Origin: an uncultured virus (IMG/VR IMGVR_UViG_3300014208_001449)
Taxonomy: Duplodnaviria; Heunggongvirae; Uroviricota; Caudoviricetes
Reading direction: 5' to 3' (one strand)
DNA: 64,000 bases
IMG/VR virus record: IMGVR_UViG_3300014208_001449
In this document: positions 29,191 through 38,527 of the stretch, piece after piece
Layout of the letters: each line of letters starts with the position of its first letter
Numbering within the stretch: the first letter of the stretch is position 1
The notes under the pieces: model-generated
Told to the model about the DNA's origin: nothing
The model's database searches: none
What the model saw: the letters and a program-made list of their open reading frames with translations, nothing else
Translations under genes and position numbers: made by a program

Positions 29191-30407
29191 GGTTGCTCTC
29201 AGCTTTTCGGCATCGAGCTTGGAAGTAAACGGAAACCATAAATTCCCGCCAGCGCAAGGTCTCGGATGTTCTTAGCAGCATTGAGGTCGGCATGATCCGA
29301 ATGGCCACAAAACACGCATTTGAACACGTCGCCCTTACGGCTTCGTTTGTCCCATTTCCCACATTTCGGGCATCGTTGTGAGGTTTTCCAAGGATCTTTT
29401 CGTTCCAGCCGAATCCCAAGCTCCTCACACCTTTGCTCCAACCATGTGGAATAGGTTCCGTAGAACCAATGAGACAACCGCCTATTGAACCTACGCGGAA
29501 ACTTTCCGCGTGTACCAGATTTAACGTTTTTCAAATCCTCGATCGCAAGTACCTGAACGCCCTTGAAATCCAAGCCCTTGAGAGCATGAAACATCATGCT
29601 CTTTGCCTCGGCCTTGGTGTGCTTCTGTCTCTTCGAGAATTCCTGGATCCTGTCGTAGACCTCTTTCCCGATGAACTGCCCGTCAGAAGTGACAAGGCCA
29701 TTCTTATAGTTAGAATCGAGTCCCAGGACTTCGCCCTTTTCACGGATGGCGGGACGGGGCTTTTCCAGGAGGAAATCCACGAACAACCGTTTAGTCTTAC
29801 CGGAACAGTCGTAACCGAGTCGAATTGAATTCCCCAGAGTCCAACCCGCTCCAAGCTTCCTGTTGAGGTGCTCAGTCGACTTACACGGGATGATCATCTT
29901 AGGAGCCCCAGAGCCGCCGAGCTTGATCGCCCAATCGAATTTGGCGTTAGTTCCGGGAGCATTTTCAAAAGGTTCGATCTTGACAAAGTGGGAATAGAGG
30001 GTCATGGTGTGCTGGTGGAGGTTGGGTTTATGGGGGTGCTTGGTCATGAACTTAGCCCGTTTTCGGGAGGAGCGGATAGTCTCCTTGGCCTGTTTAGCAC
30101 AAGCCTGGGCCAGCCGAGCGGCAATCCCGAAACGGTCACAACCTCTGTGAACGGTGTCGAGATCGGCCAGGGTGGCAGAGAAGTCTTTCCTCTGCCAGAA
30201 AAGATCGATGAAATACTGGGTCACGTCGTGGCCCAGAAGGAGGAACAAAACGACTTCTTGGGTCTTGGTTGTGTTGAGGTCGTTAAGATAAACTCTGGAG
30301 GATCGGCGCATCGTAGGAACACGAAATTTAGGATGCGCCTTGATCACTTACGGAGTCCTTCTCTGTTGGATCTTACTATACCCGATTTGAGACGAAACAG
30401 AGGAACT
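29191..30407 (-). mobile_element. non-autonomous TnpB-only IS200/IS605-like element (about 1.2 kb)
   Basis: contains only tnpB; ATGATT present at both junctions; interrupts a gene. Confidence 0.7.
29199..30347 (-). CDS. tnpB: TnpB RNA-guided endonuclease
   Basis: RuvC GLDSN / IEDL / HADLNAA and CPKCG...CVFCG zinc ribbon. Confidence 0.88.
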   Translation of the reverse strand: MIKAHPKFRVPTMRRSSRVYLNDLNTTKTQEVVLFLLLGHDVTQYFIDLFWQRKDFSATLADLDTVHRGCDRFGIAARLAQACAKQAKETIRSSRKRAKFMTKHPHKPNLHQHTMTLYSHFVKIEPFENAPGTNAKFDWAIKLGGSGAPKMIIPCKSTEHLNRKLGAGWTLGNSIRLGYDCSGKTKRLFVDFLLEKPRPAIREKGEVLGLDSNYKNGLVTSDGQFIGKEVYDRIQEFSKRQKHTKAEAKSMMFHALKGLDFKGVQVLAIEDLKNVKSGTRGKFPRRFNRRLSHWFYGTYSTWLEQRCEELGIRLERKDPWKTSQRCPKCGKWDKRSRKGDVFKCVFCGHSDHADLNAAKNIRDLALAGIYGFRLLPSSMPKS

Positions 30408-30572
30408 AATCATCATGCAGCGTGGGCTCTCGCCTAACTCCCCCAGCTCTCCCTTCTCGACCTTACGTAGCACAGTACCCAGAATTTCCCGCGCGGGTGT
30501 CATCATCGGGTCCTGGGTTTTAGACGACAGGTGAATCAATCGCCCCATGGGGTAAGACCCTCGGATTTTCAT
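30408..30572 (-). pseudogene. 5' half of gene split by the TnpB element
   Basis: MKIRGSYPMGRLIHL...GELGESPRCM then reads into the element; class-2 motif upstream at 30581-30593. Confidence 0.6.
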
Positions 30573-30658
30573 GCCTCTTTACTATACTCCATTTTTCACT
30601 ATCCAAAACCTCAGTTTTGAGGTAGGCTGATCTTGAGGGTCATGGAGGGAAGGCAACG

Positions 30659-30910
30659 ATGTTCTATCGAGCCGAAATCCAAGTCTTCGTGAACGGTCAG
30701 CTAGTCGACGAAACCCCCGTCACGTCCATGCCCGAAGAATCCGTTTTTGATTTCCAGTGCCGAATCACCCGCTACGGCGGACGGGACTGCGCTCAATACG
30801 GACCTGACTGCGTTCATATCAAGCTGAACGGGCAGTACAGCCACCACTGGACGATGAACTGCCGCCACAAGTACCTGCTCACGAAAAATCTCGACGAATC
30901 CGCCACCTGA
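30659..30910 (+). CDS. hypothetical protein
   Basis: GGAGG RBS. Confidence 0.6.
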   Translation: MFYRAEIQVFVNGQLVDETPVTSMPEESVFDFQCRITRYGGRDCAQYGPDCVHIKLNGQYSHHWTMNCRHKYLLTKNLDESAT

Positions 30911-30986
30911 ATAGAGTATATAGAGGGCCGTGAGGTTCCTCTCCATAGGAACTCTCCGCCGATGAAAACACACCCAGGAGTTTCCC

Positions 30987-31721
30987 GTGGAAGAATCCGC
31001 TCTGCTCCTCCCGCCCCCGTACCGGCACGTAGTCTGCAAGAAGCCCAAGATCCTCAACAAGGAAATGCAGAGGGTCAAGAAGGCTATCGAGGCCCAGGCC
31101 ATGGGTTTGCCCTTGGAGGCGGACTGCCAGGACCTTTTGGCTACTATCAAGGGCGGCTCGGGGGCCGTTCTGAACGACCCGAGTGTCATCGCGGTCGAGA
31201 TGGACGATCAAATGGCAATTCGGGTTGGGCCTGCCATCCGGCAAAAGGCTTTCCCGAAGGGAACCATGATCGAACAGAACGCAGGGAGCCTTTTCGTGAC
31301 CGCCGCCTTCGAAGACGAGCGCGGTCCGGAATGGGCCTTCATGGAGGGACGGGACCGCGTGCTCGCCATGTTCCGTAAGCGGTCTGACGAAATGATGGCC
31401 CGACAAGGACGGGACGAAACCTTCGTCCTGGTCACGATCGTCCAGACCACGGTTACGGTATGGCCCCTGGTGCCCAAGGGATTCCAGGTCGGCTGCGAGT
31501 TCCAGCAATACGTCTATCTCGGGGACCCCTACTTCGGAGAACCTGGGGCTCTAGATTTTGAAATCGAGTCCGAGCGTGGGGACTACCCCGTGACCGTACC
31601 TTCGTCCGAAATCGTTATGTTCATGATGCAGGACGCTAGCGATATCGTCACGCCTGCCCATCTTGGCAGGGACCGTGTTCCTGGAACCCGCGGAATCATT
31701 CCGGCTACGAGAGACAAATAG
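30987..31721 (+). CDS. hypothetical protein
   Basis: AGGAG RBS, GTG start. Confidence 0.7.
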   Translation: MEESALLLPPPYRHVVCKKPKILNKEMQRVKKAIEAQAMGLPLEADCQDLLATIKGGSGAVLNDPSVIAVEMDDQMAIRVGPAIRQKAFPKGTMIEQNAGSLFVTAAFEDERGPEWAFMEGRDRVLAMFRKRSDEMMARQGRDETFVLVTIVQTTVTVWPLVPKGFQVGCEFQQYVYLGDPYFGEPGALDFEIESERGDYPVTVPSSEIVMFMMQDASDIVTPAHLGRDRVPGTRGIIPATRDK

Positions 31722-31723
31722 CT

Positions 31724-32134
31724 ATGAATTCCCTGGAACTTGAGCACAGTAGCTACGATGTTGGCGGACAGCGTGTGGTTCAGTGGCACGATGTTTGCGT
31801 GGTCCTGGACGGGAAAGATACCGAAATCGCAGCTCTGGAGGAAAAGAACAAGCAACTCCAGAATCACTTTGGCAGAGTCTACAACGACCTGCGGGCAGAA
31901 AGGCACCGCCTTGAGGGTTTACGAAAGAAAGCTAGCCCTCCTCTGCACTACCTGAAAGGACGCGGTGGGCACTACTCGGAAATGGCCATCGAGGCCCTTG
32001 ATCTACTTGAGAACCCTGCAGCCCCGATTGACACAGAAGCCGAGGCAAGAGGGCTAGAAACCCTGAAACGGATGCTGGACTCCGTCAAGAGAAACCACGT
32101 TGTGGATCGCGCAATCGTGGAGAGAGGTTTCTAA
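31724..32134 (+). CDS. hypothetical protein
   Basis: operon packing. Confidence 0.6.
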   Translation: MNSLELEHSSYDVGGQRVVQWHDVCVVLDGKDTEIAALEEKNKQLQNHFGRVYNDLRAERHRLEGLRKKASPPLHYLKGRGGHYSEMAIEALDLLENPAAPIDTEAEARGLETLKRMLDSVKRNHVVDRAIVERGF

Positions 32135-32331
32135 TGGGCTTTTTCAAACGCACACTTAGGTTTGCCAAGAACGTAGCCATGACTCCCGTGGATGCTGTTG
32201 TCGACGTAGCCACCGCTGGAATCCGTTGTGAAGATGAAATGCCCTATGACAGCGATCCCCGTACAGTCGAACGTCTCCGGAAACTAGCTGACGAAGTAAG
32301 AGAAGCCGCCAAGTGGTTGGATAAGGACTGA
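32134..32331 (+). CDS. hypothetical protein
   Basis: TAATG overlap. Confidence 0.6.
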   Translation: MGFFKRTLRFAKNVAMTPVDAVVDVATAGIRCEDEMPYDSDPRTVERLRKLADEVREAAKWLDKD

Positions 32332-32332
32332 A

Positions 32333-32791
32333 ATGAAACCAGACACCAAGTGCCCCATCCCTGGCTGCAAGGCTCCCAAGTTCGAGCGGGGTAGTGACGA
32401 AGTCTACGACCACTGGCGTTGCGGTCGACGGGCGCATATGGACGGAATTACTCCACCGGACCGGCCTTGTGGAAACGCAGAGAAACTTCTTCTGGAGGCT
32501 CTAGCCCGTTTGGACAAGATCGCTGAACTGCTCCGGTACGAAGATGGGGGTCCAGAATCGGAAATCAGAACTTGTGAATGTTGCGGATACACAGGACACT
32601 TCGATACTATCGGATGTGCCTGTTATGACGAGTGGGCCTATGGTTGTACCCCCGAACATCCTGGACCGGGATGCTTTAATGGCTTTCCTCTGTGTCCTGT
32701 GTGCCAAAACGGAGAAGACTCCCCTGATACACAACAGGTTGCACAAGCCTTGATGTTGGCCGAAGGTTCACAGGATGCGCAGGAAACGTAG
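32333..32791 (+). CDS. Cys-rich hypothetical protein
   Basis: multiple CxxC pairs. Confidence 0.6.
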   Translation: MKPDTKCPIPGCKAPKFERGSDEVYDHWRCGRRAHMDGITPPDRPCGNAEKLLLEALARLDKIAELLRYEDGGPESEIRTCECCGYTGHFDTIGCACYDEWAYGCTPEHPGPGCFNGFPLCPVCQNGEDSPDTQQVAQALMLAEGSQDAQET

Positions 32792-32819
32792 TACCGAAGC
32801 CATTCTCCCCTTCCCGCTA

Positions 32820-32848
32820 TTGACAGGTTACATGAACCTCTCTATATT
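32820..32848 (+). promoter_or_regulatory. sigma70 promoter for the sigma-factor gene
   Basis: TTGACA-N17-TATATT. Confidence 0.7.
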
Positions 32849-32899
32849 GCTTCTGTGTTAAATGTTGTGCTTTCCCGATAGAAAAAGGGGACTTGAGCT

Positions 32900-33835
32900 A
32901 TGGTAGAAAGTAATCCCGTCGTTCTCTTTACCCGTGAAGAACATGGCAACCTCCCCGTTATCGCCTACCCTCCGGCCTCCGAAAAAGGGGCGGGGTCCTG
33001 GCGATACAAAGTAGAGACCGAAGAGGGACTTATAAGCTTCGACAGCTTCGAACAGCTCAAGCGGAACTGCTACGGGGAACAGAACAATCTGCACTGGACC
33101 CACGACCGGTATTTCCGTGTCGGGGAGAAATGGTCGAGCGGGATCATCGAGCCCGCTATTCCTACTACGGTTCTGTTCGCCCCCAAGCCTGGACTTCTGA
33201 CGGTTTCCAGCCCACATGTAGAACCGCTCCCTGGGGAAAACCTTTTGACTGTCGCTTCCAGTGCTGAGGGAATCGACCTTCAAGTCCGGCACATGGAGAT
33301 CACCAAGCTTCTGTTCGCGGGGTACCGGAACACCATCGCTCGAAACAACCTGGACCCCGAGGAAGTGCTACAAGAAGTCCGCCTCGGTCTGGAGAAGCGG
33401 AATCGCGGTAAGAGTCGCTGGGACCCAAATCGTTCCAAGTTCGGGTACTACGTGAACATGGTATGCGGTAGTATCCTCAACAACATGCTGCGGAAACAGA
33501 TTCTGCGTAACTCCCACGAGTCTACGGGTATCCTGGCCTTCCGAGAGAACCGCATGGAGGTCATGGACGTTCGCGAGGCGGAGCACCTCGCCGACTGCCA
33601 GATCCGACTTACGGAATACGAAGACCGAGAAGCTCTCGAATCTTTCGGGCAGTGGCTTGTCCACCAGCCTGGGGGGAGAAAGCAGATCATGAAAACGGCT
33701 TTGCAGATTCTGCCCCATATGTACGCCGGTTGCGGGGTGTCAGATATCTGCTTGCTGACCGGCATGGAGCGGAAATCAGTCTCAGCGGCTATTAAAGCCC
33801 TTCGGGCAGTCTCGGGTCCCTACTTCGGTCGGTAA
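32900..33835 (+). CDS. phage sigma-70-family RNA polymerase sigma factor (N-terminally extended)
   Basis: region 2-like DPEEVLQEVRLGL...WDPNRSKFGYYVNMVCGSILNNMLRK; C-terminal HTH VSDICLLTGMERKSVS. Confidence 0.7.
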   Translation: MVESNPVVLFTREEHGNLPVIAYPPASEKGAGSWRYKVETEEGLISFDSFEQLKRNCYGEQNNLHWTHDRYFRVGEKWSSGIIEPAIPTTVLFAPKPGLLTVSSPHVEPLPGENLLTVASSAEGIDLQVRHMEITKLLFAGYRNTIARNNLDPEEVLQEVRLGLEKRNRGKSRWDPNRSKFGYYVNMVCGSILNNMLRKQILRNSHESTGILAFRENRMEVMDVREAEHLADCQIRLTEYEDREALESFGQWLVHQPGGRKQIMKTALQILPHMYAGCGVSDICLLTGMERKSVSAAIKALRAVSGPYFGR

Positions 33836-33864
33836 ATTCTCACTACTCGGGTCTTGACTCTAAA

Positions 33865-33911
33865 CCCCATTGGACTTATGTTCTTGTTCAAGAACAACTT
33901 CTCCAATGGGG
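33865..33911 (+). promoter_or_regulatory. inverted repeat or hairpin covering the hsp20 RBS
   Basis: CCCCATTGGA...TCCAATGGGG with inner GTTCTTG/CAAGAAC stem; TTGACT-N17-TATGTT overlaps it. Confidence 0.55.
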
Positions 33912-33921
33912 GGATAAAAAA

Positions 33922-34326
33922 ATGCGTGACACTGCTCTGGCCAACTGGAGTCCCTTCTACGACTTTTTCTATCCTGCCGAGACCGCTCAGCCCAGGGACT
34001 GGACGCCCAAGGTCGACGTCTATCAGCAAGGAACCAAGACAGTCCTGCGGGCGGAACTGCCTGGGGTAAGCCGCGAGGATATCCACGTCGAAATAGAGAA
34101 CGGCTTTCTCAATCTTCATGGCGAGAAGAAGGGCGCCCTGAAGGGTGAAGAGATTACTGCACAGCGGGTAGAGACTAGTCGCGGCAGTTTCAGCCGTACG
34201 TTTTCTTTGTCCGATGGCCTGGACCCGGATTCGGTCGAGGCGTCCTACAAGGACGGTGTTTTGACGGTGGTGTTGCAGGCCAAGAAAGAGGCTCTGCCCA
34301 AGAAGATCGACGTCAAGGTCTGCTAG
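33922..34326 (+). CDS. Hsp20/alpha-crystallin small heat-shock protein
   Basis: PKVDV...AELPGV..EDI...L.L.GEK...GSFSRTFSL...ASYKDGVLTV. Confidence 0.95.
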   Translation: MRDTALANWSPFYDFFYPAETAQPRDWTPKVDVYQQGTKTVLRAELPGVSREDIHVEIENGFLNLHGEKKGALKGEEITAQRVETSRGSFSRTFSLSDGLDPDSVEASYKDGVLTVVLQAKKEALPKKIDVKVC

Positions 34327-34329
34327 AGG

Positions 34330-34671
34330 CTAGAGCTTCGGCATGCCCGAAGGCCCACTCCCGTCACTGTGCTCAGGAAACACGCTCGTAGGACAACCTG
34401 CAGGTGCTTGTTCCCGTGCGTTTTCTTCCTCTTCTCGCCCCTGAGAATGCCACTGGGCAGTGTAGCCAGGATTCCACTTGTACTGGTGATAGCCATCGAA
34501 AAGCACCCCGATAGCCCCCAAGACCCCCTCAGGATCCTCCGTCTCGTGCTCCTCGCAGACTTTGTCGGTGAGGACGATTACGCCCTCCTCGATTTCCTCT
34601 GCTAGAGTCACTACCCAACCGTTTGTGGCTCGACGAAGCAGTTTGTCTCCAGGACGCAGATCGACTCTCAT
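34330..34671 (-). CDS. hypothetical protein
   Basis: co-oriented with phosphoesterase. Confidence 0.6.
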   Translation of the reverse strand: MRVDLRPGDKLLRRATNGWVVTLAEEIEEGVIVLTDKVCEEHETEDPEGVLGAIGVLFDGYHQYKWNPGYTAQWHSQGREEEENAREQAPAGCPTSVFPEHSDGSGPSGMPKL

Positions 34672-34677
34672 TTTCCT

Positions 34678-35997
34678 CTACCTCCCCGTCCGACGTTCGA
34701 AACAGGTCAGCCCATGAAGCCCGTGCTCTCCGACGAGGCATGCGAACTGTGCTGGAGCGCCGGACAGCCCTAAAGCTCTCCCATACTCTGTTTCCCCTAT
34801 CAAACTAGGTACAAGAATAACCTGCTGATCATTCAAAGTGCTATGATGATGAAAATGTCCGATTAGTATATGATCAGGAGGCTTTTTACCTTGTCCAGAA
34901 CGCTCATGCGCCATCGCCGCAGCCCTACGAGCGATGCCATAATACGGGCTTACTCCAGTTGCTTTGATCTGATGACCGTGCATACAAGCTATCATCCTGC
35001 CTTGCACTTCAACCACCGGCATAGCATCTTCGGACAGATCAAAATGGACATGTTTTTGTTTGCCCAGAGATTCCCGGGCAATAATGTAAGCGAGATGAGA
35101 GAGCGAATCGACATTGGTACGTTTGAACGGCGTTTTCTGGGCCAACCGGTCGTGGTTACCGGCAACACAAGTCACGTCGACCTGTCCGAAGTCCTGAGCC
35201 AGCATCGCAACGGCTTCTGCTAACAAAGCACCCGCCTTTGCGGTTGCTACGGGAGCCGGAACCTCTGCATTGGCGGCCAGCTCAGGATGAATACCGCCGC
35301 CGATCAAATCCCCCAGACAGAGAACCTGGGCCTTGTCGATAGTGTAACCGTGCCTCTGGTAAGACGTCCACTGAAGGATACGCCGGACGATATCCAACAA
35401 ACCGTCTCTGGCAACCTCCAGGTTGTAATTGTTTACTCCCCCCATTTCTTGGGGCAGAACGATTTCCCCCAGATGAAAATCTGAGAAAGCCAACAGGAGC
35501 GTAGTCTCGGGCCTCAGCGAGTTCTGCTTACGAGAGATAGCCGGAATGGGAGCCAAAGGGGTTACGGCACCGGCAACGATTCGGGCCTCTTCTCTGCGTT
35601 GAGCTAGGGAGAGTCGCAGCTTGCGGTTATCGGCCTCCAACTGGCGGATAGTCGCCTGCTGACACAACAGGGTGTCCTCTTCCTCCGCGGTCGGCTGAGG
35701 GATTTCCTGAGGAGCCGGAGCGGGCACTGCTTTAACCGGCTTGTTCTTTCTAGTAGCCAGGGTATCGGCCACTGTGTTAGGATGGGACCATTGGTTCTCG
35801 GTGAAACTGCCTCCTGGGTTCCTACCAGCAGGAATCTTGTAGGGCTGCAGTCCCAATTTCGTGGAGTAACGACGGAGAACGTCGGTAGAAACCAGAGCCC
35901 TGTCGGCAAGGTCCTGGTTGGACAGAACTTCCCCGGGAGTGAGTTGTTTGAGGACGACTAGCAGCTTAGCCATGGAAACGGGCACTTCTTGAGCCAT
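34678..35997 (-). CDS. calcineurin-like metallophosphoesterase with N-terminal HTH and coiled coil
   Basis: SDFHLGE, GDLIGG, GNHDR, HGH, GHFHH; AGGAGG RBS. Confidence 0.85.
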   Translation of the reverse strand: MAQEVPVSMAKLLVVLKQLTPGEVLSNQDLADRALVSTDVLRRYSTKLGLQPYKIPAGRNPGGSFTENQWSHPNTVADTLATRKNKPVKAVPAPAPQEIPQPTAEEEDTLLCQQATIRQLEADNRKLRLSLAQRREEARIVAGAVTPLAPIPAISRKQNSLRPETTLLLAFSDFHLGEIVLPQEMGGVNNYNLEVARDGLLDIVRRILQWTSYQRHGYTIDKAQVLCLGDLIGGGIHPELAANAEVPAPVATAKAGALLAEAVAMLAQDFGQVDVTCVAGNHDRLAQKTPFKRTNVDSLSHLAYIIARESLGKQKHVHFDLSEDAMPVVEVQGRMIACMHGHQIKATGVSPYYGIARRAAAMAHERSGQGKKPPDHILIGHFHHHSTLNDQQVILVPSLIGETEYGRALGLSGAPAQFACLVGEHGLHGLTCFERRTGR

Positions 35998-36162
35998 CCG
36001 ATTGACCTCCTACTCGGTTTTCAGAGAGTGCCCATGAATCCCAGTTGGACCATGCGCGCTACTGTTGCCTCTACTATACTCGATCCCGCGCGAAATCACA
36101 AAGCGCGGAGCCGCCTTGTGCCTCGATTCCCCAGATTTTCCGGCCTCGGACGTGAAAAAGTT

Positions 36163-36189
36163 GTTTCATTTTTCCGCCGCGTGGTGTAT
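36163..36189 (+). promoter_or_regulatory. class-1 promoter motif
   Basis: GTTT-N17-GTGTAT. Confidence 0.75.
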
Positions 36190-36218
36190 CTAAGGGGTGA
36201 ACAGATGGGAGCGCGGCA

Positions 36219-36494
36219 ATGAGGTTCTACGTTTCGGCAGAGTACCTGGGCGGGTCGATCTCCATTCACAACGAGGCGGCCTCGGAAGAGGAAGCCCTCG
36301 TCAAGGCCCGAAAAACCTTGGGAGAGCACTTAGCCAAGGAGTACGACGACGGAAAGACTCCGGACGAGTGTGTGGCCCACTTCGACCACTACGCTTGGGA
36401 GGCTTTCTCGTGGGACGACTTCCTTAAGTATGCCCCGAGCGCCGAGTGGCGTGGATCGGAGAACGGTATCGTGACCAGCATCTGGATGCCTTAA
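36219..36494 (+). CDS. hypothetical protein
   Basis: GGAG RBS. Confidence 0.65.
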   Translation: MRFYVSAEYLGGSISIHNEAASEEEALVKARKTLGEHLAKEYDDGKTPDECVAHFDHYAWEAFSWDDFLKYAPSAEWRGSENGIVTSIWMP

Positions 36495-36504
36495 AGGAGA
36501 TGCC

Positions 36505-36891
36505 ATGCTATGGCCCATTATCCTCTCGCTGATCGGAGCGGCGCTCTGCGGCTATTCAGGGCACCGTAATGGGGTTCTCTTCTTTCTAGGGATCTTCTTA
36601 GTGGTATCCAGGCCCGGCATCCTCGCCAATAAGGAACGGGACTTCGTGAACTCTTCCAGAGCCGTGGCCTTGACTTATGCTGCTAGCCAGCTCCCGCCCT
36701 GGGAACTGAAGAACATTGTCTGCTGGACTACGAGCACCCCAACCTACGGGTTTGGTAGTGCTACGTATGCGGGAAGATGCACGTTGACCATGACGGCGAA
36801 TGAGGAGCATATCAAGCCAGGGCTCCACGTTTTTCACTTCACCTGTCGAGGAGAGCACGCAACTCCCGAGTGCTCTCGGGACCAACCCTAA
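36505..36891 (+). CDS. hypothetical membrane protein
   Basis: hydrophobic N-terminus; AAGGAG RBS. Confidence 0.6.
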   Translation: MLWPIILSLIGAALCGYSGHRNGVLFFLGIFLVVSRPGILANKERDFVNSSRAVALTYAASQLPPWELKNIVCWTTSTPTYGFGSATYAGRCTLTMTANEEHIKPGLHVFHFTCRGEHATPECSRDQP

Positions 36892-36904
36892 AGGGACTTT
36901 AAAC

Positions 36905-37519
36905 TTGAAAACCTATCCTTCCATAGAGCGCAAACCCCACTACGGGTCGGGATACGTCTACCTGTTCGACAAGCTGGACGGCTCCAACATCCGATCTGAG
37001 TGGGCACGTAAGACCGGGTTTGGTAAGTTCGGGCGGCGGAATGGTCTGCTCGACGACACCAATCCCGTCTTGAAGGAGGCCATCGGGATCTTCGAGGCCA
37101 AGTATGCTGAAGACCTCGGCCGCATCTTCAAGGACCAGCGATGGATGAAAGCCATCGCTTTCCTGGAATTTCATGGCCCCAACTCCTTCGCAGGGAACCA
37201 TCCTGACGAACCCCACGACCTGACCCTGTTCGACGTGGCTGCGGACAAGAAGGGCATTATAGAACCCAGGGAGTTCATCCGCACCTTCGACTCCGTGGAC
37301 CATGCCGCCCTTCTTCACCAGGGAAATTTCAATCACATCATCGAAGAACAGGTCAAAACCAGTACGTTGCAGGGCATGACCTTCGAAGGGGTCGTCGTGA
37401 AGGGCACCTATGCAAGCCCCGGACTGCCCATGATGTTCAAGGTCAAGTCCCAGGCGTGGCTCGACAAGCTGCGGGGTTACTGCCACGGGGATGAGCAAAT
37501 GTTTGAGCGATTGAGGTAA
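36905..37519 (+). CDS. RNA ligase-like covalent nucleotidyltransferase (Rnl2-like)
   Basis: KLDGSN (motif I), EFHG, LFDV, EGVVVK, FKVKS. Confidence 0.8.
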   Translation: MKTYPSIERKPHYGSGYVYLFDKLDGSNIRSEWARKTGFGKFGRRNGLLDDTNPVLKEAIGIFEAKYAEDLGRIFKDQRWMKAIAFLEFHGPNSFAGNHPDEPHDLTLFDVAADKKGIIEPREFIRTFDSVDHAALLHQGNFNHIIEEQVKTSTLQGMTFEGVVVKGTYASPGLPMMFKVKSQAWLDKLRGYCHGDEQMFERLR

Positions 37520-37523
37520 GGCC

Positions 37524-38009
37524 ATGCTAGAAACTATCGTCCTCCTGTTCCTGGCGGCAGGTTTCATCGGTGGGCTCTACATCCACGGGCGGGATATCGG
37601 CTATACCAGAGGATATGCAGCAGGCTACCTGAAAGCGGGCGAGATAGGTCTCGACGATCTGGAGAGAGCCCGTCTCATTCTTTTGGACCCGAGCAACTTT
37701 GCTCTTCGGGACGTTGCCCGTGAGACCATTCTCTCTTTGCTGAACACCCTGGAATTCCTAGGATATCAGTTGTCCCGGGCCGAAGGACTCATGACAGAGG
37801 AACAATTCGAGAAAGAAATCGTCCCCGAGTACATGGTGAAATCAAGCAACGGGGACTCCGAACTGCCGGAAAAGGTACGGCTGTTGAGTATAATCCTAGG
37901 CGCCGAAAAGTTGGACGGCGAAGTGGTCTCCACGGTTTTCCACTGTGGCCCAGACAGAGCCATCGAGATCCTGAAAGAAATCCGTCTGTCTTCTAAGGAG
38001 TTGTCATGA
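37524..38009 (+). CDS. hypothetical membrane-anchored protein
   Basis: N-terminal TM; GY..GY..GY. Confidence 0.6.
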   Translation: MLETIVLLFLAAGFIGGLYIHGRDIGYTRGYAAGYLKAGEIGLDDLERARLILLDPSNFALRDVARETILSLLNTLEFLGYQLSRAEGLMTEEQFEKEIVPEYMVKSSNGDSELPEKVRLLSIILGAEKLDGEVVSTVFHCGPDRAIEILKEIRLSSKELS

Positions 38010-38527
38010 AGATCGCTTGGAGAGAGCAGTGGGAGAACCCTGTAGGGACCGACGAAACGATCTTTGCCCTTAACAAGAAGGGGGAGATCATCGGGGCAGT
38101 ATGTCGAGGGAACGATTCTATTGGAGCGGATCAGTACAACGGGTACTACCAGAACTCCTGGGTCTGCGGTCGCAGGACGCGAGAAGAGTGCCAACAGGCT
38201 CTGGCCGAAATAATCCGAGAACGGGCCTTCTGGAGGCGGAGCTTCGATGCGGCCGGATGCTTTTTCTTCGACAACTGGCTGGGAATCGTGATTGTGCTTG
38301 TCATTGTCGGACTCGTCGGGTTCGTCTTTTGGGACGCCTTCAAGGAGAAAGGCGTCAGGGCAACCTGCAAAGCCACATGTACGGCCCACGGGTTCCCGGA
38401 GAGCGATATCGAGCGAAATTGGTTCTCTTTTGGACCGTGCCTCTGTTCCCCTCAGCCTTCTTATGTGAAATTCCCGCTCCTTTCAGAGCAACCCAACCCC
38501 ACGCCGGAGATAGATAATGGGAAATAG
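38006..38527 (+). CDS. hypothetical membrane protein
   Basis: central TM segment. Confidence 0.6.
   Translation: MKIAWREQWENPVGTDETIFALNKKGEIIGAVCRGNDSIGADQYNGYYQNSWVCGRRTREECQQALAEIIRERAFWRRSFDAAGCFFFDNWLGIVIVLVIVGLVGFVFWDAFKEKGVRATCKATCTAHGFPESDIERNWFSFGPCLCSPQPSYVKFPLLSEQPNPTPEIDNGK

Noticed and set aside
29093..29200. Possible CRISPR array or Cas12f locus next to TnpB
   Set aside because: No repeat-spacer array; the flank is the 3' half of an interrupted gene
29191..30407. IStron or group I intron
   Set aside because: Only ~60 bp upstream and 8 bp downstream of tnpB, too little for a ribozyme core
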